The notes: generated by a model from the sequence alone, not told the origin. A DNA stretch of 64,000 bases from Candidatus Omnitrophota bacterium (GCA_041667545.1 JBAYES010000001.1:5928-69927), one strand, 5' to 3'. Numbered from the stretch's first letter, positions 1 through 10,474 are shown. A program made the numbers and translations.

Positions 1-2
1 TT

Positions 3-539
3 GTGCAGATAGATAATCTTTCGTCAGAAGCAAAAGGTCTGGCACAGGTAATTTCAGAATATACCCGAGCGTTGGATATTTTGGATGATTTTGACCATGG
101 AAGATTAAAGGAGCCGAAAGGTCAAAAAAGTGATAAATACAAAATGACCTATCAAGAGGCCAGAACTATTATTGAAACGATGAAAGAAAAGTTTAAGGAT
201 TCTAATATTGTTGGCCAAGAAAAAGACCAGGGATTTAAAAGTTCTCTCGGAGCGATTTATCAAAGTGCCGGTGGCAAGGATGCCTATTCGACAATTCAGG
301 AAAAAGCAGCACATTTGCTATATTTTGTAACCAAGAATCATAATTTTGTGGATGGGAACAAAAGGATCGCCGCAACACTATTTATTTGTTTTCTTAAAGG
401 TAATGGGATTCTGTATCGCAAAGATGGAAGTCGTATTGTTGATGATAATGCTCTTGTTGCCTTAACCCTCATGATTGCCGCAAGCAACCCGAAAGAAAAA
501 GATGTGATGGTGAAGGTGATTATGAATTTGATTTGTTAA
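3..539 (+). CDS. Fic/Doc family protein, probably truncated at the N-terminus by the window edge
   Basis: Doc/Fic-like motif HNFVDGNKRIAA (HxFx[DE]GN[GK]R) near the C-terminus. The ORF runs from the window edge. Confidence 0.5.
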   Translation: MQIDNLSSEAKGLAQVISEYTRALDILDDFDHGRLKEPKGQKSDKYKMTYQEARTIIETMKEKFKDSNIVGQEKDQGFKSSLGAIYQSAGGKDAYSTIQEKAAHLLYFVTKNHNFVDGNKRIAATLFICFLKGNGILYRKDGSRIVDDNALVALTLMIAASNPKEKDVMVKVIMNLIC

Positions 540-549
540 TGAGGAGATA

Positions 550-753
550 TTGTTAATGGATAAGGAATTTAAATTATCACGTGTTTCAGGTACTCCTGTT
601 AGTAATGAAGAGATCCTGTCAGATTTAAAGAGAGTATCGAAAATTCTTAATGAAACAAGGATGACTCAGAAAAACTACGAGCAGTTTGGTCAATTTAATT
701 GTAGTACTATTATCCGTCGATTCGGTTATGGAATAAGGCTGTGCAGATGGTAG
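550..753 (+). CDS. N-terminal fragment of an HNH endonuclease-like gene, separated from 741..1220 by an apparent frameshift
   Basis: Contains a ...RRFGYG... repeat similar to the ...RRYGSWTNALKAF repeat of the next ORF. The two ORFs overlap in different frames at 741-753. Confidence 0.35.
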   Translation: MLMDKEFKLSRVSGTPVSNEEILSDLKRVSKILNETRMTQKNYEQFGQFNCSTIIRRFGYGIRLCRW

Positions 754-1220
754 GCCTATCTGTTTCTAACGAAATAAATATTACCGAAGAACGATTATTC
801 GAGAACATTCTACGTTTATGGCAGCATTATGGAAGGCAGCCAAGAAGAAGAGAGTTGGCGGAGGAACCGTCAGTTATATCTCAAAGCCCTTATAATCGGC
901 GCTATGGATCATGGACAAATGCGCTAAAAGCCTTCATTGAATATGCGAATTCTTCAGAAATAGGATATCAGAAAAGAAAATCGGCTAACACAAAGAACAA
1001 ACTACGAGTGGAAAGACGAGATCCGTCTCTGAGATTGCGTTGGAAGGTGTTAAAAAGAGACCGTTTCACCTGTTGTAAGTGTGGCGCAAGCCCTGTACTT
1101 AAGGTAGGGGTAGAATTCCACGTCGATCATATTATGCCTTACAGTAAAGGTGGAGAAACAGTGTTTGAGAATTTGCAGACTCTTTGTTCGACCTGCGACA
1201 TAGGAAAGAGTGATTTGTGA
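741..1220 (+). CDS. HNH endonuclease domain protein
   Basis: C-terminal HNH motif HVDHIMPYSKGGETVFENLQTLCSTCDIGKS. The N-terminal RYGSWTNAL repeat is typical of HNH homing-endonuclease-like proteins. Confidence 0.55.
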   Translation: MQMVGLSVSNEINITEERLFENILRLWQHYGRQPRRRELAEEPSVISQSPYNRRYGSWTNALKAFIEYANSSEIGYQKRKSANTKNKLRVERRDPSLRLRWKVLKRDRFTCCKCGASPVLKVGVEFHVDHIMPYSKGGETVFENLQTLCSTCDIGKSDL

Positions 1221-1288
1221 TTTTAATTAGAGTCGATGAACGATCGTGACTAATTGTGGATTCATATACGACTAAAGGATGTTTGTAG

Positions 1289-2632
1289 ATGATTGATAAT
1301 AAAACAGATAAAAAAAAGCGAGTTTTTCTGAGGACTTTCGGTTGTCAAATGAACGAGCGGGATTCTGAGATCATTTCGGGGATGCTTGAGGGGAAGGGGT
1401 ATGAGATCACCGGAAATGAGGGCGAGGCGGATGTTATTCTTTTTAATACCTGCAGTGTGAGACAGCATGCGGAAGACCGTGTTATAGGCAATCTGCAGAA
1501 GCTTGCTTCCCGCAGGAAAAAGAACCCCGGATTCAGGATAGGGGTCCTGGGGTGTATGGCCGAAAGGCATGGGGAGATGCTTTTAAAACAATACCCCCAG
1601 GTCGATCTTGTGGCGGGGCCGAACAATATCCCGGATATCCCCGGTCTTCTTGACAGGGCAATGAACGGCGAAAGGCCCGCGGCCACAGGCATCCGGAAAC
1701 GGCCCCGTAAAGACGCGTCGATCGGACACAAAAAAGGGACACTTTCGGATTTTGTTAATATAACCTACGGCTGTGACAATTTTTGCTCGTATTGTATAGT
1801 ACCCCATGTGCGCGGCCGCGAGGTGTCCAGGAAAAAGATGGAGATAGTCGAAGAGGTATGGGCTCTTGCCGATAGGGGATGCAAGGAAGTTACCTTGCTC
1901 GGACAGAACGTTAATTCCTACGGCAAGACGCTTAATAGCAAGACCACTTTTCCGGATCTTCTGGAGGCCGTAAACAAAGTGCGCGGCATAGAACGCATAC
2001 GTTTTGTCACAAGCCATCCCAAAGACGCGGGCATGTCTCTTTTCAGGGCTATGAGAGATCTGGAAAAGGTCTCGGAGAACCTGCATCTCCCTCTTCAGTC
2101 GGCTTCCGACAAAATACTTGATCTTATGAACCGAAAATACAAATACGGAGATTATTTGAAAAAGGTGGATGATTACAGGAAAATACTTCCGGAAGGCGGG
2201 TTAAGCACGGATATTATTGTGGGGTTCCCCTCTGAAAAGGAAAGTGATTTTGAGGCGACAAGAAAAGCTCTTGAGGAAATATCATTTAACTCGGCTTTTA
2301 TATTCAAATATTCTCCCAGGCCTCCCGCTATGTCGGCATGCCTTGAGGATGATGTTCCGGAACAAGAAAAGAAGCGCCGAAATACCGAACTTCTTGCCGT
2401 ACAAAAGAAAGTCTCGCTTAAGAAAAACAAAGACCTTATCGGCAGCACGGTCGAAGTTCTGGTAGAGGGAAAAAGCCGTATGTCGGAGAGCGAAATGGTG
2501 GGCCGGGCCAGGAATAATGTTACATGTGTTTTCCCTGGAACGGAAGAGCTTACAGGCAGTCTGGTGAAGGTCAGGATAGCGGGAGCGAGCCCGAATACGC
2601 TTAAGGGCGAAGTGGTGAGGGCAAAGGGGTAA
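1289..2632 (+). CDS. miaB: tRNA-i6A37 methylthiotransferase MiaB (radical SAM, MTTase family)
   Basis: N-terminal MTTase motif FGCQMNERDSE, radical SAM CxxxCxxC (CDNFCSYC) and a C-terminal TRAM-like region. Lies adjacent to miaA. Confidence 0.85.
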   Translation: MIDNKTDKKKRVFLRTFGCQMNERDSEIISGMLEGKGYEITGNEGEADVILFNTCSVRQHAEDRVIGNLQKLASRRKKNPGFRIGVLGCMAERHGEMLLKQYPQVDLVAGPNNIPDIPGLLDRAMNGERPAATGIRKRPRKDASIGHKKGTLSDFVNITYGCDNFCSYCIVPHVRGREVSRKKMEIVEEVWALADRGCKEVTLLGQNVNSYGKTLNSKTTFPDLLEAVNKVRGIERIRFVTSHPKDAGMSLFRAMRDLEKVSENLHLPLQSASDKILDLMNRKYKYGDYLKKVDDYRKILPEGGLSTDIIVGFPSEKESDFEATRKALEEISFNSAFIFKYSPRPPAMSACLEDDVPEQEKKRRNTELLAVQKKVSLKKNKDLIGSTVEVLVEGKSRMSESEMVGRARNNVTCVFPGTEELTGSLVKVRIAGASPNTLKGEVVRAKG

Positions 2633-2690
2633 GGGGCAAGGGGGAAGGGGTAAGAGGTAATGGGGAAGGGCGAAGAGGGAAGGATAAGTG
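2625..2690 (+). repeat. purine-rich (GGTAAGGGG/CAAGGGG/GAAGGGG)n tract embedding the miaB stop codon
   Basis: ggcaaaggggtaaggggcaagggggaaggggtaagaggtaatggggaagggcgaagagggaagg, a canonical G4 pattern (GGGG N3 GGGG N3 GGGGG N2 GGGG). Confidence 0.85.
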
Positions 2691-3638
2691 GTATATAAAG
2701 AAAAGAAACCGGCATTGATCGGCATGCTCGGGCCTACGGCCAGCGGGAAAAGCGAGGTCGCGGCCCTGCTCGCCGAGAAGATAAACGGCGAGATAATCTC
2801 ATGCGATTCAATGCAGATCTATAGAGGTATGGAGACAGTTACGCAGGCTCCGTCCGGTGATATCACATCAAAGGTCAAGCATCATCTGGTCGGGATCATA
2901 TCCCCGGAGAAAGAATTTAATGCGGCCGAATTTGTTACTCTTGCCTCACGGGCTGTTGATGAAGTGATCTCTCTCGGCAAGATCCCCGTTCTTGCGGGCG
3001 GAACGGGTCTTTACGTTAAAGCTCTTCTCGAGGGTATTTTTTCGTCGCCTCCCGGGGATGATGAACTGCGGCAGCGTCTCGCGAAGGAGTCCTCCGAAAA
3101 GGGCGGCACCTATCTTTACGATAAACTTAAGAAAATAGATCCCGAGGCGGCTTTAAAAATAGATCCCCGGAACATTCGCCGCGTCATAAGGGCCCTGGAA
3201 ATTTTTGAACTTACCGGAAAGACATTTTCAGAGAAAAAGAACGAAACAAAAGGTATTGCGGACGCATATGATGTTAAGCTCTTTGCTCTCGAAGTATCCA
3301 GAGAGGCCCTTATAGAGAGAATTAACAAAAGAGTGGAGAATATGTTCTTATCCGGGATCGTGGATGAGGTTAAAACACTATCTGTGAAAAATATGAGTTC
3401 CACCGCTTCTAAGGCTCTCGGGTTAACCGAAGTATCCGGGTTTATCGCCGGGAAAGCCGGGCTTGAAGATACCAAGAGTGAAATTAAAATAAAGACACGG
3501 CAATACGCCAAACGCCAAATGACATGGCTACGGGCGGTAAAAGGTTTGGAATGGGTTAAATCCGAAAAAGCCGCGGGAGATATAGCTTCTGATATCGCGG
3601 CCAGGCTTGGTTTTACCGGATCCGGCGGGAGGGAATAA
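2688..3638 (+). CDS. miaA: tRNA dimethylallyltransferase MiaA
   Basis: P-loop GPTASGKS and overall IPT-family layout, including the RQ..W motif region (AKRQMTW). Confidence 0.85.
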   Translation: MVYKEKKPALIGMLGPTASGKSEVAALLAEKINGEIISCDSMQIYRGMETVTQAPSGDITSKVKHHLVGIISPEKEFNAAEFVTLASRAVDEVISLGKIPVLAGGTGLYVKALLEGIFSSPPGDDELRQRLAKESSEKGGTYLYDKLKKIDPEAALKIDPRNIRRVIRALEIFELTGKTFSEKKNETKGIADAYDVKLFALEVSREALIERINKRVENMFLSGIVDEVKTLSVKNMSSTASKALGLTEVSGFIAGKAGLEDTKSEIKIKTRQYAKRQMTWLRAVKGLEWVKSEKAAGDIASDIAARLGFTGSGGRE

Positions 3639-3645
3639 TATTTGA

Positions 3646-4935
3646 ATGTATACCACTAAACCCATATCCAAAGAGCGCGAAAAAGCTTTTCTTGTCACCG
3701 TAACACAATATGGAAAAGAAGAACTGGATCTCGCGGGAAGAATTGATGAGTTTGAGACGCTTGCTTCTTCTTGCGGCGCCGTAATAGCCGGAAGCGAGGT
3801 GTGCAGGATAAAAGAAATAAAACCCAACCTTTTTATAGGCACTGGAAAAGCTGAAGAGATAGCCGGGAAGGCGTCGGAACTCAAGGCGGACAGCGTAATT
3901 TTCAACAATGACCTTTCTCCGTCACAGCAGAAGAATCTTGGCGAAAAATTCAATGTCAAGACCATAGACCGTACCCAGCTGATACTGGATGTCTTTGCCA
4001 GAAGAGCTACTTCTTTGGAAGGCAAGGTCCAGGTCGAGCTTGCCCAGCTCATGTACCTTCTTCCCAGGCTTAGCCGTTTATGGCTGCATTTCTCGAAACA
4101 GGCGGGCGGTATCGGCACCAGAGGCCCCGGAGAACAGCAGCTTGAAGTGGACAGGAGAAAGGTTCGGGAACGTATTTCCCGTCTTAAAAAGGAACTATCT
4201 GAGATAACGCGCCAGAGAGGAGTTCAGAGGTCACGCAGGGAAAGGTTCTCAATGCTTTCCGTCGCGCTTGTGGGCTATACTAACTCGGGGAAATCAACTT
4301 TGTTCAACGCGGTAACGGCGGCCAAAGTAAAAACAAAGGATCAGTTTTTCAGTACGCTCGACCCTACCGTAAGAAAGAAACACCTGCCCAATAATCAGGT
4401 CATTCTTTTGTCGGATACCGTAGGGTTCCTGAACGATCTTCCGCATCATCTTATCGAAAGTTTTAAGGCCACTCTCGAGGAGGTTAAGGGAGCGGATATA
4501 CTTTTCCACGTCGTGGATATGAGTGACAGCCGTATAGGCGAAAAGATGGGAGCGGTGATGCAGGTTTTGAACGACATTTCCGCCTCAGACAAGCCGATCT
4601 TTACCATACTTAATAAATCCGACATCGTGCCCGCCGGGCCTCAAACCGAAAGGATAAAACGCAAATTCCCGGGTTCTGTGGTTGTTTCCGCCTTGAAAAA
4701 GGAGGGGCTGTCGGCGATAGACGATATTCTGATGAGATATATCGACAAGGATATGGAAGATATGGAAATAGTCCTTCCTCCCGGGCATTATTCGGTAGCC
4801 GCGGTTATAAGGGAAAAAGGAGAAGTCCGTTTCGAGGAATACCGGGATGAGGGTCTTTTTCTCCATGCCCGGGTGCCTAAAAAGATGAAACGCCAGATCT
4901 TTAAAACACTCGGCGCATCGGGCATAGATCATTGA
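3646..4935 (+). CDS. hflX: GTPase HflX
   Basis: HflX N-domain followed by a G-domain with G1 VGYTNSGKSTL and G3 DTVGF motifs. Confidence 0.85.
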   Translation: MYTTKPISKEREKAFLVTVTQYGKEELDLAGRIDEFETLASSCGAVIAGSEVCRIKEIKPNLFIGTGKAEEIAGKASELKADSVIFNNDLSPSQQKNLGEKFNVKTIDRTQLILDVFARRATSLEGKVQVELAQLMYLLPRLSRLWLHFSKQAGGIGTRGPGEQQLEVDRRKVRERISRLKKELSEITRQRGVQRSRRERFSMLSVALVGYTNSGKSTLFNAVTAAKVKTKDQFFSTLDPTVRKKHLPNNQVILLSDTVGFLNDLPHHLIESFKATLEEVKGADILFHVVDMSDSRIGEKMGAVMQVLNDISASDKPIFTILNKSDIVPAGPQTERIKRKFPGSVVVSALKKEGLSAIDDILMRYIDKDMEDMEIVLPPGHYSVAAVIREKGEVRFEEYRDEGLFLHARVPKKMKRQIFKTLGASGIDH

Positions 4936-4950
4936 TCTGATATCTGAGCC

Positions 4951-4978
4951 TTGACAAAAATCACGACAGTGATATAAT
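4951..4978 (+). promoter_or_regulatory. sigma70-type promoter of the hrcA-grpE-dnaK-dnaJ operon
   Basis: TTGACA (4951-4956), a 16-bp spacer, then TATAAT (4973-4978), about 80 nt upstream of the hrcA start. Confidence 0.7.
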
Positions 4979-4979
4979 T

Positions 4980-5006
4980 TTGGCACTCGTAGTAAACGAG
5001 TGCTAA
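4980..5006 (+). promoter_or_regulatory. CIRCE operator (HrcA binding site)
   Basis: TTGGCACTC-N9-GAGTGCTAA, a perfect inverted repeat matching the CIRCE consensus TTAGCACTC-N9-GAGTGCTAA. It sits immediately downstream of the -10 box. Confidence 0.85.
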
Positions 5007-5057
5007 TGAGTTTAAGCGTGAAAAATACTTTCAGGCGAAATTTTAAGAGGTTTTAAG

Positions 5058-6116
5058 GTGAACGGCACAAAAAGGGATAACAGAAAAGACGTGGTCCTGG
5101 CTCACATAGTTGAAGAGCATGTTTCAAGCGCTATGCCCGTAAGTTCCAGGGTTGTCGCGGAAAGGCTGGGAGGCGGAGTGTCCAGCGCGACCATAAGGAA
5201 CGTCATGAGCGAGCTTGAACATCAGGGGCTGATAGAACAGCCGCATACTTCGGCGGGAAGAGTGCCTACCAATGCCGGGTACAGGCGTTATGTCAGCATG
5301 AAAACAGAAAAAGTGAGCTATAGAAAAAGGGAAGCTGACCGGCTGGCTTTTGAATACGGGCTCAGGATAGAGACGATAAAGGAACTTATCGAAAAAACAA
5401 CGCATCTGATAAGCAGGGAATTACATAACGCGGGCGTAATGATGTGGCCGGGGGAGAACAATCTTTATCTCAAACATCTTGAACTGGTCAAGATAAGGTC
5501 GGAAGTGGTTCTTGCCGTGCTTATCACAATGACAAACGCGGTCAAGAACCATCTTGTAAAACTCGATCGGGATATAAGTCCCGAAGAGCTCGTGAGAGTA
5601 TCAAGGTATGTCAATGAGAACTATTCTGAAAAGCCGGTAACAGAGACATTAGAACACATACGGGAAGAAATAAAAAGCGATGCCTTAACGGGGCGGTCCG
5701 ATGTAAGAAAAGTAGCTCTTACGGCGCTCAGGATCCTGGACGGAATAGCTATGGAAAATATCGATAATGAGCTATACTGGGAGGGAATAGACAATTTCAT
5801 GAGCGAACCGGAGTTTTCCGATATAAGTTTTATGCGCAGAGTTTTCCAGATATTTTCGGACCAGAAAAAAGAGCTTGCCGATATTTTTACCAGAGATCTT
5901 TCATCGGGAGACATAAAGGTGTATATAGGGGATGAATGCGGAGTGGAAATCCTAAAGGATTGCAGTATAGTAACATGCGGGTATTTTTTAAGGGGTAAGG
6001 CCGCGGGACGTATGGGTGTTGTCGGCCCGACCAGAATGGATTACGACAGGGCGTTAAGAATGGTTAGCTGCTTATCCGGATTGATAAGCGCCAAACTCGA
6101 GGAGATAGACGGGTAG
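5058..6116 (+). CDS. hrcA: heat-inducible transcription repressor HrcA
   Basis: N-terminal SSATIRNVMSELEHQGLIEQPHTSAGRVPT motif and a GTG start. Lies downstream of CIRCE and upstream of grpE. Confidence 0.85.
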   Translation: MNGTKRDNRKDVVLAHIVEEHVSSAMPVSSRVVAERLGGGVSSATIRNVMSELEHQGLIEQPHTSAGRVPTNAGYRRYVSMKTEKVSYRKREADRLAFEYGLRIETIKELIEKTTHLISRELHNAGVMMWPGENNLYLKHLELVKIRSEVVLAVLITMTNAVKNHLVKLDRDISPEELVRVSRYVNENYSEKPVTETLEHIREEIKSDALTGRSDVRKVALTALRILDGIAMENIDNELYWEGIDNFMSEPEFSDISFMRRVFQIFSDQKKELADIFTRDLSSGDIKVYIGDECGVEILKDCSIVTCGYFLRGKAAGRMGVVGPTRMDYDRALRMVSCLSGLISAKLEEIDG

Positions 6117-6118
6117 TC

Positions 6119-6676
6119 ATGCATAAAGACAAAAAACATAAGAAGAATATCGAAGGTGAAGTTATTTCGGAAAGCGAAGCCGAGAATGAACTGACGGAAA
6201 AGGCCATGGAAGAGCTTAGGACAAAGGCGGCCGAAAGAGATGAATACTACAGTAAATGGCTGAATGTCCACGCGGAATACGAAAATACGAAAAGACGCCT
6301 TGAGAAAGAAAAGTATGACCATATAAGGTTCGCCAATGAGGGAATAATATCCAGATTGTTCCCCATAATGGACAATTTCGATATGGCTTTCGCGGCTATG
6401 GAGAAAGCCGAGGATAAAGGGGCTATGCTCGAGGGGATAAAACTTGTTCAGAAAGAGTTCCACAGGGTCCTTGAAGATTCAGGAGTAAAAAAAATAGAGA
6501 CCCTGGGTAAACAGTTCGATCCCAATATTCACGAAGCTGTAATGGCTGTGGAGACAGAGGATATCCCCGATGGTGAAGTGGTTGAAGAAGTAAGGCCGGG
6601 GTATATGTTGAATGACAGGTTATTGCGCGCCGCCCAGGTAAAGGTGGCGAAAAATGCCCCGGATAACGAGGAATAA
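6119..6676 (+). CDS. grpE: nucleotide exchange factor GrpE
   Basis: GrpE fold motifs (NxxKRxxKE, DNFD) and position between hrcA and dnaK. Confidence 0.85.
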   Translation: MHKDKKHKKNIEGEVISESEAENELTEKAMEELRTKAAERDEYYSKWLNVHAEYENTKRRLEKEKYDHIRFANEGIISRLFPIMDNFDMAFAAMEKAEDKGAMLEGIKLVQKEFHRVLEDSGVKKIETLGKQFDPNIHEAVMAVETEDIPDGEVVEEVRPGYMLNDRLLRAAQVKVAKNAPDNEE

Positions 6677-6699
6677 CAATAGTAATAAGGAGGATAGCA

Positions 6700-8634
6700 A
6701 TGGGAAAAGTTATAGGGATAGATCTTGGGACAACTAATTCTTGCGTGGCCGTTATGGAAGGAAAGGAGCCTAAGGTAATAGCAAATGCCGAGGGGACAAG
6801 GACCACGCCCAGTGTTGTGGCTTTCACCAAAAGCGGGGAGAAACTTGTCGGCCAGCCCGCGAAACGCCAGGCGGTGACCAATTCGGATAACACTATTTTC
6901 AGCATAAAGCGTTTTATGGGGAGACAGCATTCCGAAGTGCAGGAAGAAGAAAAGCTGGTTCCATACAAGGTGGAAGACGACAGCAAGGGGAATGTAGTGG
7001 TGGCCTCTCACGGTAAAAAATACACTCCTCCCGAGATATCGGCAATGATACTCCAGAAAATGAAACAGACAGCGGAAGATTATCTGGGAGAAAAAGTTTC
7101 GGAAGCCGTTATTACCGTTCCCGCTTATTTCAACGATTCACAGCGCCAGGCTACAAAAGACGCGGGGGAAGTTGCCGGGCTTAAAGTGCTCAGGATAATC
7201 AACGAACCAACGGCCGCGAGCCTGGCTTACGGGCTTGACAGCAAAAAGAACGAAAAAATAGCCGTTTTCGATCTTGGCGGCGGAACTTTCGACATATCCA
7301 TACTGGATGTGGGCGAAGGAGTGTTCGAAGTGAAGTCCACTAACGGCGATACGCATCTTGGAGGGGACAACTTCGACCAGAATGTCATGAACTGGATAGC
7401 GGAAGAATTCAAAAAAGAGCATGGGATAGATCTCAGGAACGACAAGATGTCGCTTCAAAGGCTCAAAGAAGCGGCTGAGAAAGCTAAATGTGAGCTTTCT
7501 TCGAACCTTGAGACGGAGATCAACCTGCCGTTCATAACAGCGGATGCCTCGGGGCCGAAACATCTTACGATGGCACTTACAAGATCGAAATTGGAACAGC
7601 TTGTGGACTCTCTTGTAGAAAGGACAAAAGAACCTTGTTACAGGGCTCTGAAAGATTCCGGTTATTCCCCTTCGGAAATAGACGAGGTCATACTTGTTGG
7701 AGGGCAGACGCGTATGCCCAAAGTACAGGAAGTGGTCAAGGAGATATTCGGGAAAGAACCCCACAAGGGAGTAAATCCCGACGAAGTAGTGGCGATAGGG
7801 GCCGCTATACAGGGCGGCGTTCTCAGCGGCGCCGAAGGCCTTTCGGATGTGGTTCTTCTTGACGTCACTCCGCTTTCTCTGGGGATAGAGACATTAGGCG
7901 GGGTAATGACAAAATTGATAGAACGCAATACGACAATACCTACTAAAAAAAGTCAGGTATTTTCCACTGCCGCCGACAATCAGACCGCGGTTTCCATACT
8001 GGTTCTGCAGGGCGAGAGGGAAATGTCGAGCGACAACAGGACTCTTGGGCGTTTTGACCTTGTCGGAATACCTCCGGCTCCCAGAGGCATTCCCCAGGTA
8101 GAAGTGACGTTCGATATAGATGCCAACGGTATTGTGCATGTTTCGGCAAAAGACAAGGCCACCGGCAAAGAACAGTCCATAAGGATAGAATCTTCAAGCG
8201 GGCTTTCTAAGGAAGAAATAGAAAAGATGAAGGCCGATGCCAAATCGCATGAAAGCGAAGACAAGAGAAAGAAAGAGCTTATCGAGGCGAAAAATCAGCT
8301 TGATAATCTGATATATGCCACCGAAAAAGCGGTAAAAGAATACGGCGATAAGGTCTCGGAAGACGAAAAGAAGAAAGTAACGGAAGCGGTGGAGGAAGCC
8401 AGGAAAAAACTTTCTTCCGAGGACGTTGCCGAGATCAAAAAAGCGCAGGAAGAGCTTCAGAAAGCCAGCCATAAACTTTCGGAAGAAATGTACAAGGAGG
8501 CGCAGGCTAAAGCTCAGGCGGAAACCGCTGGCCAGGACGCCTCGGCCGGAGCCCGACCGGACGAGAACAAAAAAGAAGAAGATGTTGTCGACGCGGATTA
8601 CAAAGTGGACGACGACAAGGAAAAGAACGGGTGA
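6700..8634 (+). CDS. dnaK: molecular chaperone DnaK (Hsp70)
   Basis: Hsp70 signatures [18 protein letters not shown] and [11 protein letters not shown]. The 644-aa length fits DnaK. Confidence 0.95.
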   Translation: MGKVIGIDLGTTNSCVAVMEGKEPKVIANAEGTRTTPSVVAFTKSGEKLVGQPAKRQAVTNSDNTIFSIKRFMGRQHSEVQEEEKLVPYKVEDDSKGNVVVASHGKKYTPPEISAMILQKMKQTAEDYLGEKVSEAVITVPAYFNDSQRQATKDAGEVAGLKVLRIINEPTAASLAYGLDSKKNEKIAVFDLGGGTFDISILDVGEGVFEVKSTNGDTHLGGDNFDQNVMNWIAEEFKKEHGIDLRNDKMSLQRLKEAAEKAKCELSSNLETEINLPFITADASGPKHLTMALTRSKLEQLVDSLVERTKEPCYRALKDSGYSPSEIDEVILVGGQTRMPKVQEVVKEIFGKEPHKGVNPDEVVAIGAAIQGGVLSGAEGLSDVVLLDVTPLSLGIETLGGVMTKLIERNTTIPTKKSQVFSTAADNQTAVSILVLQGEREMSSDNRTLGRFDLVGIPPAPRGIPQVEVTFDIDANGIVHVSAKDKATGKEQSIRIESSSGLSKEEIEKMKADAKSHESEDKRKKELIEAKNQLDNLIYATEKAVKEYGDKVSEDEKKKVTEAVEEARKKLSSEDVAEIKKAQEELQKASHKLSEEMYKEAQAKAQAETAGQDASAGARPDENKKEEDVVDADYKVDDDKEKNG

Positions 8635-8672
8635 GGCTTTAAAATAACGGACATTTTCAACTGAAGGAAGAC

Positions 8673-9803
8673 ATGGCAGATTACTACGAGCTATTAGGCG
8701 TTGGCCGGGACGTTTCCGGGGACGACCTCAAAAAGGCATACAGGAAACTAGCCCTTAAGTACCACCCCGACAAGAATCCGGGAAGCAAGGAAGCTGAAGA
8801 TAAGTTCAAAGAACTGTCACACGCTTACGAGATCCTGAGCGATCCGGAAAAGCGCTCAAGGTATGATAGGTTCGGCGAGGCGGGTTTTCAGCATGGGGGG
8901 TCGGGAGGGTTTGATTTTCACGACCCAGGCGATATTTTTAGGGAGGTTTTTGGCGGCGGTTTCGGCGGAGCTTTCGGCGGGATATTTGACAGTATGTTCG
9001 GATCCGGACAGTCAGGAACCCGCGGTCCGAGAAAAGGACGCGATCTGGAATATTCTCTTACTCTGACCTTTCTTGAAGCGGTCAAGGGTATTACCAAAGA
9101 GATAAAGATCCGGAAATACGACATATGTTCTTCCTGCAAGGGCTCGGGAGCCCGGCCCGGTACAGGGAAGGCCAGATGTTCAAGATGCGGAGGGACCGGC
9201 CAGATCTCGAGATCTGCCGGGTTTTTCAGCATAGCGACGACATGCGATACCTGCGGCGGAGCGGGTGAGGTCATCAAGTCTCCGTGTTCGGACTGTTCGG
9301 GAAGCGGCAGAGTGCAGGTCTCCCGGAAGATCACGGTTACGGTGCCCCCCGGGGTCGATACGGGCGTCAGATTGAGGATATCGAAAGAAGGCGAACCGGG
9401 TTACAATGGCGGGCCGTTCGGCGATCTGTATGTGTCGTTGAGGGTCCTGGAACATAAGTCATTTTCCCGCAGGGACTACGATCTTTTATACGCGGCCGAT
9501 GTATCCTTTGCCCAGCTTGCTTTGGGAGACGAAATAAATGTTCCCGGGATAGAAGGGGAAGTAGGTTTTACTATCCCGCCCGGAACCGCTTCAGGGCGTG
9601 TTTTCCGTATTAAGGGCAAGGGAATTAAACGTCTGGACGGCCGCGGAACGGGGGATCAGCTTGTAAAGGTGAATGTTATTATTCCAGAAAAGCTTAGTTC
9701 GCGGCAGAAGGAACTTTTAATGGAGTTTGACGAAAGTTTTGTAGGGAAGAATACCAAAAAAAAGAAGACCATAATGAATAAAGTAAAAGAGATCCTTTCA
9801 TAA
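8673..9803 (+). CDS. dnaJ: co-chaperone DnaJ
   Basis: J-domain with HPD (YHPDKN), a G/F-rich region and four CxxCxGxG zinc-finger repeats. Confidence 0.9.
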   Translation: MADYYELLGVGRDVSGDDLKKAYRKLALKYHPDKNPGSKEAEDKFKELSHAYEILSDPEKRSRYDRFGEAGFQHGGSGGFDFHDPGDIFREVFGGGFGGAFGGIFDSMFGSGQSGTRGPRKGRDLEYSLTLTFLEAVKGITKEIKIRKYDICSSCKGSGARPGTGKARCSRCGGTGQISRSAGFFSIATTCDTCGGAGEVIKSPCSDCSGSGRVQVSRKITVTVPPGVDTGVRLRISKEGEPGYNGGPFGDLYVSLRVLEHKSFSRRDYDLLYAADVSFAQLALGDEINVPGIEGEVGFTIPPGTASGRVFRIKGKGIKRLDGRGTGDQLVKVNVIIPEKLSSRQKELLMEFDESFVGKNTKKKKTIMNKVKEILS

Positions 9804-9813
9804 AAGGAGAAAA

Positions 9814-10083
9814 ATGCCTACCTACGAGTATCAGTGTAAAAAATGCGGGTACAGATTCGAAAAATTCCAGAGTATGACCGAATTGCCGGTAAAAAAATGT
9901 CCCGAATGCAAAGGTTCTGTGAGAAAAATGATAGGGACAGGCGCCGGCCTTATATTCAAGGGAAAAGGTTTTTACCAGACCGATTATAAATCTACCGGAA
10001 GCGGGACAAAAAAGCAAGATGATAAAAATCCCGCGGAAACCCCCTGCGGTAAACCCGGGCCATGCGGTTCATGCGCAAGTTAA
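9814..10083 (+). CDS. FmdB-family zinc ribbon protein
   Basis: MPTYEYQCKKCG ... KCPECKG double CxxC pattern. The protein is 89 aa. Confidence 0.7.
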   Translation: MPTYEYQCKKCGYRFEKFQSMTELPVKKCPECKGSVRKMIGTGAGLIFKGKGFYQTDYKSTGSGTKKQDDKNPAETPCGKPGPCGSCAS

Positions 10084-10084
10084 A

Positions 10085-10474
10085 ATGAGGTTTTCTGAAT
10101 GGGTTAAAATAGACAGGCCTTTTTTTGCATGGGTTCCGGCCTGCTTATGGGGTTTGAACATCCTTGTCCTTTCACTGCTGCCTTATAGACTTACTCCGCA
10201 GCTTACGGTAGGACATTTCGATAAGTTGTGCCATTTTTCGATCTATGCTGTTTTCGCGTTTCTTGCGGTATGGGGACTAAAAAGGTCATTTAAAAAACCT
10301 ACAGCAAAAAACCTCTTGTTAGTGTTGATATTGACCATTGGTTATGGTATCTTAATTGAAATATTTCAAAGGTTTGTTCCGGGAAGGGAAGCATGTGTAT
10401 ACGATGTGCTTTTCAATTCGGCAGGTGTTTTTACGGGTATAAGTTTCGGAAGGGTGACATTATGGCGGAAGTAA
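10085..10474 (+). CDS. VanZ-like membrane protein
   Basis: Multi-TM protein with DKxxH and ExxQxFxPGR-like motifs. I prefer the start at ATG 10085 over the 6-frame ORF start at 10019, which overlaps the previous gene. Confidence 0.45.
   Translation: MRFSEWVKIDRPFFAWVPACLWGLNILVLSLLPYRLTPQLTVGHFDKLCHFSIYAVFAFLAVWGLKRSFKKPTAKNLLLVLILTIGYGILIEIFQRFVPGREACVYDVLFNSAGVFTGISFGRVTLWRK

Noticed and set aside
7138-7764. Long antisense ORFs inside dnaK (7138..7764), the GGDEF gene (16000..16614), hflX (3528..4118), ugd (19289..19900), an aminotransferase (39716..40390) and others.
   Set aside because: Each lies entirely within a + strand gene that has clear family motifs. None has a recognisable motif of its own.
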